Assembly (NCBI RefSeq): GCF_036321535.1
Contig: NC_087437.1
Span: 99,698,001-99,762,000 of the forward strand
Reading direction: 5' to 3'
Source: Camelus dromedarius
Lineage: Eukaryota
DNA: 64,000 bases
Below, one piece after another: positions 1 through 7,900 of this stretch. The notes beneath the pieces are model-generated. The model searched no databases, was not told the origin of the DNA, and saw only the letters and a list, made by a program, of their open reading frames with translations. Position 1 is the first letter of the stretch; each line of letters begins with the position of its first letter. The translations under genes and the position numbers were made by a program.

Positions 1-55
1 GAACAAAATGATCCTCTTTCCATTTAAATAGCTGAGCTCAAATTGGTGCTGAAGT

Positions 56-220
56 GGGGAGGGTATAGCTCAATGGTAGAGTGTGTGTCTAGCATGTATG
101 AGGTCTTGGGTTCATTCCCCAGTACCTCCATTCAAGATAAATAAATTTTTAAAAAACCTAATTACCTCCCACCCAAACTAAAATAAATAAATGAATAAAG
201 AAATAAATAAATTTTAAAAA
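56..220 (+). mobile_element. tRNA-derived SINE, camelid Vic-1 type
   Basis: GGGGAGGGTATAGCTCAATGGTAGAG (A box) ... GGGTTCATTCCCCAGTACCTCC (B-box-like), then the AACCTAATTACCTCCC body and an (A3T)n-like tail. This resembles the camelid SINE as I recall it. No clear TSD. Confidence 0.85.
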
Positions 221-339
221 ATCTTTAAAACTTTGTATTAAAGCATATCCAGGTGTAAAAGATCATGATGATACTTATTTCCTGGTTTAATGATTTTTAA
301 TACTGAGTGGATTCAAATGATACAAAATAAGATAAAATG

Positions 340-780
340 TGATAGTATTTATTGAGTATTTACTTTGCGATCAGAACTACATTAAATAATTTACCAGATT
401 ATTATTTACTGAGATATAATTGACAAATAATATTGTATAAGTTTAAGGTATACAGCATGTTGATACCATACATTTCTGTATTGCAATATGATTTCCACCA
501 TAACATTAGCTAACACCTTCAATGTGTCCCATAACTTGCATTTCTTTTTTTTTTTTTTTTGTCTTGAGAAACGTAAGATCTAGTCTGTTAGCCTTGAAGT
601 ATATAGTATAGTATTGTCACAATAACAACACAGGTAATTACTATTATCATTCCTATTTTACACTTAAGGGCACAGGCTAAGAGAGATTAAATTAGTGGTT
701 CAAGGTCAGAGTGCTAGTAATTATTAAAGCTAGAATATGATTCTGTGTAATATGAGGGTTCAAGCCTTCACCAGTGATGC
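340..780 (-). mobile_element. MIR SINE, split by an L1 fragment
   Basis: ATTTATTGAGTATTTACTTTG at ~347 and TATTATCATTCCTATTTTACACTTAAGGGCACAGGCTAAGAGAGATTAA...CAAGGTCA at ~642-710 match the reverse MIR core on either side of the L1 piece. Confidence 0.7.
400..620 (-). mobile_element. L1 3' end (L1MA9-like), nested in MIR
   Basis: TTTACTGAGATATAATTGACAAATAATATTGTATAAGTTTAAGGTATACAGCATG is a typical reverse L1MA-type 3' terminus. Confidence 0.8.
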
Positions 781-1055
781 ATGTTGCCTCTTAGTTCAAT
801 AATTTAAGTTGGTCATTTGGGTTAATCATGGAGAAGCTGATGTGCCCCGTGTTTTCATTTGCCATATATTTTTCAACATTTTTTATTCATATAGGGTCTG
901 GTAAAATAAAATCAGGTTCTCTCCTATGCCATTACATTTATCGTGTTCCCATGGCCTTTATAAATAAAATAAACAATAATAACAACAAACCTTTGTCCAA
1001 AGTGACCTAAAATTCTAGCTCCTACTCCCATTTCCTTAGTGCAGCCCAAAGCCTT

Positions 1056-1063
1056 TGACGTCA
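1056..1063. promoter_or_regulatory. Perfect CRE palindrome (TGACGTCA), followed by a TATA-like CATAAATA
   Basis: Exact CREB/CREM/ATF consensus with the CpG retained in CpG-poor DNA. Function is not shown. Confidence 0.3.
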
Positions 1064-1716
1064 TAAATACCTGTATGCCAATAATATTGAATTTTCATCA
1101 TCAGGTAACTCCAGGGTCACAGATAAGAAAGCATAACATTATATTTTTTTACAGTCACTCCTTTTACCATATTTTAATAGATCTATAGTTACCCTCTAAA
1201 ATAACAATATTAAATGGATTATTTTCTCTTATTATAATACTCACTCCTTACTTAAAGATGACAGTTTCTTTGAACATCCATTTCCATAATGCACAGGAGT
1301 CTATGTTTGGAATTTGTTCACTTTCTCTCTACTGTACATCTGTTCCACACACCTATTGTTATGTGAAAACTGTTGCCTATAGGATCACTTTGCCTCTGTT
1401 GCTGTTTTATTATTGCTATTCTCTGTCATTGGAATGCTCCTATTGTGGAGCCAGGAAAACTTTCAACCTGGAGAACATTTGCTTCAAATAGTACAGAGAT
1501 ATTTATTTGTGTTTTTACTTATTTATTTATTTCCCTAAAATATCAACTTTGGTTAATAATTATATACAGGCTTTGTTCTCCTTATCTGGATGTCAACAGT
1601 AATTGGAATCCATATCCATATCCTACCTTGCAATCATGCTGCAAAAGGCTAATAAATTCCCGCTGAGTGTGTTACTTGTTAAATTTAGTGCATTACATTC
1701 AGAGTAATGAATAAAA

Positions 1717-2000
1717 CCAGTGGGCCGTTACCGTCTGGCTGGCTGAGGAAGGCTCTCGAACAGCCAGACTCCCCCGAGGCCTTGAGCCGGCTTAAAACGG
1801 TGACAGGCGGAATCAAGGGAGTCCCTGAGCGTCACCGTTCGGTTTGTCTCCTTTAATTTCCTCTTCTGTGGAGACTCAGAAGGCTGTGGCGAGGTGAGGT
1901 CATCCTGATCATTAATTCACCACACTTTCATAAAACGCTGCATGCTCGGGTTTCATTGACAAGCAAATAACGGTTTCGATAAATAGTTAGGTATTCGTGT
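1717..2000. promoter_or_regulatory. CpG-retaining unique element, candidate promoter or first exon
   Basis: About 16 CpGs in ~280 bp (counted by eye) against a strongly depleted background. MYB-type CCGTTA (1725-1730) and TAACGG (1968-1973); donor GAG|GTGAGG at 1893/1894. Confidence 0.5.
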
Positions 2001-2424
2001 TTGGCAGAGAGATGAGAATATCATTGAACACAAACTTGAGGCTGGGCCTCCATGCAGTTTGCTTTGTGTGTCTACGTATGTCTACTGTGTATTCATTTTG
2101 CTGTATTAAAGATGCACATAGATATTTTTAGATGAGTGAATAGTCAATGTCAAGCCCATGGATATATATGTACTTATTTCCATCTCATATTTATTGAACA
2201 CACATAGACAGTTACTGAAAAATGGCTACCATTCTTAAGCCTATGTGTAGCTCTTTCTTAATAAATAAATATATTCTTCATACGAAAAGATTCTTTCTTA
2301 AAATATATTATCATAAAACTGAACACGTGCTGTAAATGCACAAATGCAAATGTTAGAGCAACGTGGTCTGTGTTCCCAGGTAACTTTTTTCTTGCTCACT
2401 GAGAGCCAATCTTTATTCTCCCAG

Positions 2425-2731
2425 CAAATAATTGTTATGTGCTCTGTTCTGTGCCAAAGCCAGCTGACTCCCTTAGTCCTTTGGGTTATTGCAACTGTAA
2501 ATATTCACCCAGAAACAGCTAGGTTCCCAAAGAAAGGAATCGAAAACAATTTGTATGAAATGACCGCTTACATTATGCTTGAATGTCTTGGAAATTCTAG
2601 CATAGAGTGTCCTCTGCTATCCATGATAGAACATCTGGTTCCAAATAACATGCTGTATCTCATTAGAGAGATAGTAGATCTAATTATACAACATATAGGT
2701 GAGATCATTATAGTAACATTATCTCGATGAG
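2425..2731 (+). other. Candidate spliced exon (lncRNA or small ORF)
   Basis: Acceptor CTTTATTCTCCCAG|C at 2424/2425 with an upstream CTCAC branch-like motif, and consensus donor GAG|GTAAGT at 2731/2732. An open frame runs 2437-2730. Confidence 0.35.
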
Positions 2732-3054
2732 GTAAGTAAAGTACATGAAATCTAACACTGTAGCTTGAAAAAACTTTTAAAAGCAAATGTAAGGAATTAA
2801 TGACCACATAACTGTACATTAAAAGATGCTGAAAACCAGTCATGACTCTGACATGTAATGGAAAATAGAATAATAGAATGATAGGTACTCTGATTAATTC
2901 TGCTGGAGATAAAAGTAAACTTCTTGGGCAAATATTATCTTTTAATGCAGAGAAATTCATTTTTAAATAAGATAAAACAAAAAGGCAACAGAAGAGACAT
3001 AGATTTTGTTGTTTTATGTTTATTCTGTTACCTTTTTTGGCACTTCTACTGTGT

Positions 3055-3236
3055 CAGAGATTCTCAAACTTCAGAGTGTAACAAAATCACAGAGAAAGCT
3101 TGTTAAAACGCAGATTGATGGTCCCAGCCTCAAAGCTTCTGGTTCAGTAGGGCTGGGTGGGGTCTGACAATTTGCATTTCTGAAATGCCCAAGTGACACT
3201 GATACTGCTGGTCCAGATCCTATCTGAGAACCACTG
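3055..3236. mobile_element. MER5A (hAT-Charlie MITE)
   Basis: Terminal inverted repeats CAGAGATTCTCAAA ... TGAGAACCACTG; internal CTTGTTAAAACGCAGATT and AATTTGCATTTCT. Confidence 0.85.
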
Positions 3237-3611
3237 GACCTTGTGAAAATCACTATAGAAGACATTTAACTCACAGTATCTTCTTGATTATTTTTCTGTA
3301 AGATGAGATTCCAAGGATCATATATTCTGCTTAATATTTTTCAATCAAGCTATAGATCTTGGAAATTCAGATTCTATTACAAAGTAAGCATCCTTAACTA
3401 TAATTAAGTCTTCTGCCTGACAAGTACATTGGGCATATTTTTAACAACATATTTTTAAACAACAGAACAAACAATAAAGTAAATACATATTACCTAGCAG
3501 GGAAGAGGCCAAAAATGAGAAGTTATCACTCCATGAAGCTAATTTAGCTCCATCCTATCTGTAGATGTTATCTCTTTCCTAAGGTATCTGAGTGTGCAAA
3601 CTACCAAGTTG

Positions 3612-3880
3612 ATTGATTCTGATGTACAGCATAGGGACTATAGTTAATAATACTGTGTCGTATACTTGAAATTTGTTAACAGTGTAGATCTTAAGCATTC
3701 TTATTATACATGTAAAAAAATGGTAAATATATGAGGCGATGTATGTGTTAACCTGATTGTGGTTATAATTTCTCAAAGTGTGTGTGTATCAAATCATCAC
3801 ATTGTACACTTTAAACAATTTTACTTGTCAATTACACCTCAGTAAACCTGGAAGAAAAAATAATAAGTAAATAAATAAAT
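3612..3880 (+). mobile_element. L1 3' end (L1MA-like) with A-rich tail
   Basis: TGTACAGCATAGGGACTATAGTTAATAATACTGT...ATCAAATCATCACATTGTACACTTTAAA...GTCAATTACACCTCAGTAAA followed by an A-rich tail. Confidence 0.85.
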
Positions 3881-4694
3881 TGGTTTATGCTGTCAAATTT
3901 TCAATTTAAAAAAGTAGCAATTTACTAAAGATTGTCATCATATATAAAACAGCTAATTAGCTCCTTTCCTTGTAAAGGAATGATAACTATAGCTGGAATA
4001 GTTTTGCTAATTTATTACCTAACAGTTTAGAAAGATGCATATAATAAAATACCAGCAAAAGTTTGCATATGAGTTTTGCTTGTGTTTGTTTTTATCTGCA
4101 TCTTATCACAAGTCAAGCATTATAATTGTTATGGTAACAATTGATGTTCAAAGGACATTTCTAGAGAGAATATTTTCTTGACTCTATTCGGGTAGCCTTC
4201 AAAATTAGATAATCTGGTCCATATTCTGAACTCACATAGCTGAGGCTCATAAAATAAGGGAACATCCATGTGATAGTCTGCCTAAAAATATAGGAAAAGA
4301 TGGTAGGTTCTTAATATCAGGGCCATGACTTCAAATTTTCGTGTGGAAGAGTTGAAACCAAATTTATGAAATAAAGTTCTTAACTTTGAAAAATTGGGAT
4401 ATAATCTGTTTCTCCATGGTGGTTTTATCTGAGCTATCTGATTAACTCTGAGAAACCCTCTTATTGTCCACTCTTACCCCAAAACACAGCTGTATACTCC
4501 AATCATCTGCATGTTAAAAATGATGCAATAGTCACTGAAATGATACAAATGCTTTTCAATCATTTTGATGTAGTTACCCCAGTCCAGAAGGAAGTTCTAT
4601 TTCTGAATCACTTTTAAGTATCCAGAAAAGCTCTTTCTTATGTTGTGTTATATCCACAGGCAAAACTGGACTGAGGGTTCAGATTCCATTGACT

Positions 4695-4880
4695 CTCCTA
4701 TGTCCTTATTCTTGGCTGCATTCTGTAGTCACATGAGGAGCTTTAGAAAATACTGATGCCTACCTAGGTCTCAGCCACAATTATTTGGATTTAATTGGTC
4801 TGGTGAGCAGTTAGGTCATTAGGATCTTTTAAGAATCTCCCCACGTGATTACAATGTGCAGCCAAGTTTGAGACCAATGT
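4695..4880. mobile_element. MER5-family (MER5A1/MER5B-like) MITE
   Basis: TTGGCTGCATT...GAGCTTTAGAAAATACTGATGCC...GATTTAATTGGTCTGG...GTGATTACAATGTGCAGCCAAGTTTGAGACCA. Confidence 0.75.
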
Positions 4881-5299
4881 TTACAATTATTTACAGGTGA
4901 CTCCATTAAAAGGACTAATAACGATAAAGTTAGTGTAGACATCTCACTTTCTGAGACTATTAGCACAAGGGAAATAGTAAAGTGCTCATTCCCATTAGTA
5001 TGGATTTGTCTGCATGTGTGTATGTTTGACCATGGTTGAGATGGGGTTATCAAGGTGACGATTTACTGTAATCTTGGTGGAAACACGTTTATGGGAACAT
5101 ACACTTACAGAAGCAATGTTTATTATTATGGGAGTTTAAGTTTTACTTGGTCAGGTTCTTATCTTTTCTCTCCGTTCTACTGTGTTAGTTCCTTACCCAG
5201 GATTCTTGAGAATATATGACATACCAGTCTGGTACAAGGACAGGAACACAGCCCTGAAAGAACATAACAGTAAGATTATACAATTGTTGGTAATATGCT

Positions 5300-6330
5300 T
5301 TTCAGAAAACTGAGTGAATGCAAATGTGAAAATCATTGGCAAAGTAAGATACTTAAATTTTTTTAATTAAAAAACAAAAATGAGTTGGTATTAAAATATA
5401 GGTTATATGGACAAAAATCAGCAAGAGAATGTAGATGCAGGGCTAGGAGTGGAAGGATCATAAAAGGAAAAATGTACCAAGATTTTCATCTTAACCGAGA
5501 GGAGCCAATATATTGATTCATTCTTGTCTTTGGTAATGACACAAGTATAAGGTATAAAGAATGTATGTAGACACGTGAAGGGAAATATAACATAAATTTA
5601 AAATATAAACATGAATTATAACTGCCAAATCACCACAGAAGAACTGTATAATTTAAATAACTAAAATCAAGGAAGTTAAAGGAAACGTTAATAACCGGTA
5701 TCTACAAATACCTGTACCCTACAAACAGAAACTACACATTTATTTTCAAGCATCTGTGGTTTATTTACCAAAATAGATCAGTATTAGTCAAGAACAAATG
5801 AATGATAAATAACAGAAATTGCAGAAATCACATATGGTCACAATTGCATAGTACTAAAAAATACATTTTTTCATAAAACTACTCCTCAAAATATTAAAAA
5901 CAAACAGTAAAACAAAAACATTAAATAAATAAATCATTTGCCTAAATAACTGTTGTGACAAATTGTAAAATAAAATAATAATTGTAGACTATTTAGAAAT
6001 CTACTAACATTACAGCACCACATTTCAACAGAAGTGTATTACCAAAGCTATTCTAAGAGATTACTGCATAGGCTCTAGCCTTTATTACATTAAAATTAAA
6101 GTAAATAAATAAAGTATTTATCTGAAGAACTTAAGTAGACTACAATAAATCAGAGACAAAGGTTAGGGACAGAAGCAATGCAAATTTAATTGAATTAGAG
6201 AAATATAAGATCAACAAGTGAATCACAGAATCAAATTTTTTAAGGAATAATCTTTAATTTTATGCAAAGAGTAAAAAGCAAAAAAAAATTAGAAATGAGG
6301 AAAAGAATACATGTAGGAAATGAAAAAAAA
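5300..6330 (+). mobile_element. Highly decayed ancient L1 (endonuclease/ORF2-region remnants)
   Basis: A-rich sense strand with TACACATTTATTTTCAAGCATCTGTGGTTTATTTACCAAAATAGATCA, resembling the L1 endonuclease-coding region. No ORF remains. Confidence 0.55.
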
Positions 6331-6579
6331 ATGTATCATCATTTCCCCAATTTCTTAGCACCAAGTATTTTTTCATTCATAAATGCCCCACCTGGGACAT
6401 CTAATGGAAACTGATATGTCATCACAGAGGAAAGTAAAGAAGGCCAACTCTACATATACTTAATCATAAAAAGAATTTAGAAAATAGTCTAAAATAAATG
6501 GGAATGTAGGATGTGCCACAGAAAGTAAGACACACCAATGAGGGTAGGTTTGAAATACCAATTCAAAGCAGAGCCAAGC

Positions 6580-6990
6580 TATAGTTCCTTATTTGGGAAC
6601 TTACTATGTGTCAGGCATTGTGCCTAAGAAATTTCCATATGTAATCACATTTCGTCTTTCCAGTGCCCGTATCTGGTAGGCTCTGCTATTGTCCATTTTT
6701 CAGATAAGGGAACTAAAATTTGGAGAGATGAAAAGGAATATATCTATATAGGTCTACATATATAGATATAAAGATAGCTGAATATATATATAGCCAGAGT
6801 TATATCTATACATAGATAGAACTGAATCATTATGTTATACACCAGAAATTAACACTATGTTGTAAACCAGCTATACTTCAACTAAAAAAATAATAATAAA
6901 ATAAAATTTGGAGAGATTAAGACATTGGTCCGTGGTAGAGATAATAACAGCAGAATCTTGATTCAAACCATAATTTTGCACCCAGTTTTA
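6580..6990 (-). mobile_element. MIR SINE interrupted by an L1 3' fragment
   Basis: CTTACTATGTGTCAGGCATTGTG...CCATTTTTCAGATAAGGGAACT, resuming GAGAGATTAAGACATTGGTCC...GATTCAAACC after the insert. Confidence 0.8.
6730..6901 (+). mobile_element. Short 5'-truncated artiodactyl/camelid-type L1 3' end with TSD
   Basis: AACTGAATCATTATGTTATACACCAGAAATTAACACTATGTTGTAAACCAGCTATACTTCAA plus an A tail, flanked by the direct repeat TAAAATTTGGAGAGAT (6714-6729 and 6902-6917). Confidence 0.9.
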
Positions 6991-7464
6991 AGTTATTAAG
7001 CATAGTGTTGTAATGTCATGAACTACTTTTATTGATTGCAAAGGATTGAAGTCCATCTCATGGTTTAAGAGAAAGCAGAAATCATAGCAAGGAGTCTGAG
7101 GGGTTTCACAGAAGCCAGAGACAGGATGTAGCCAGGCTTCAGGAGCATCAGCAACCAGGCAATAAACACTCTCCAAGATCAGTTTCTACCCACCTCCACC
7201 CTCACTACCTCACCTTTTCCCACCACCCCATACTTGCTCCCTCCCTGATCCCCCCTGTGCCATCTTCCCCACCCACACCTGTCACTGGCTTACTCACTTC
7301 GGTTCACATGTTGGAAAAACAGTTACTGTGAGCTTTATATCTCCTACTTCAAGCACTCAATGCCCCAAAACGTGAACTTGATTCACTGTTGCTCACAAAC
7401 CCCACAGATCATGGGGATGGAAAACTCTGGGCACATCTAGGTCATTGTCCATTCTATAACAATC

Positions 7465-7900
7465 ATCAGTTCATTCGTTTAAATCAAAATTACTTGGGGA
7501 ATGCTCTATGTGTTTGACACTGTCCTGAGTACGGAGAAGGCAGCGGTGAACCAGACAGACAAGATCTTACATTCTAGTGGGGAGAGACAGGCAAGAAATA
7601 AACTGAAATATAAGTATCTGAGAGGCAAGTACATGTATTAAATAAATACATAAGCCAATGTTCAATGGTGCTGAGTTCAAACTAGGTGATATATATAGCG
7701 AGTGATGGGATGGAGGTCAACGTTAGGTAGGGGATATTTTCTCTAAGATGACTTTCGAGTAGAGACTCAAATGACAAGAAGAAAGAAGCCACTGAAAAAG
7801 CAAGAAAGACCATGTTCTAGGAGGAGAGGATGAAAGGTAGAAAATCAATAAGCTGAAAATATTAGTCATCCAGGATGGCCAGAAAGTAGTAAGTGAATGG
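7465..7900 (-). mobile_element. L2 3' region
   Basis: TTCATTCG...CTCTATGTGTTTGACACTGTCCTGAG...GTGAACCAGACAGACAAG...CTTACATTCTAGTGGGGAGAGACAG matches the reverse L2 tail. Confidence 0.7.

Noticed and set aside
56..130. Functional tRNA gene (also 53295-53367)
   Set aside because: The A and B boxes are tRNA-like, but the stems are degenerate and each copy continues into a SINE body and/or A tail. These are SINEs.
2568..2960. 130-aa minus-strand ORF
   Set aside because: No recognisable domain and no supporting minus-strand splice or promoter signals. Compatible with a chance ORF.
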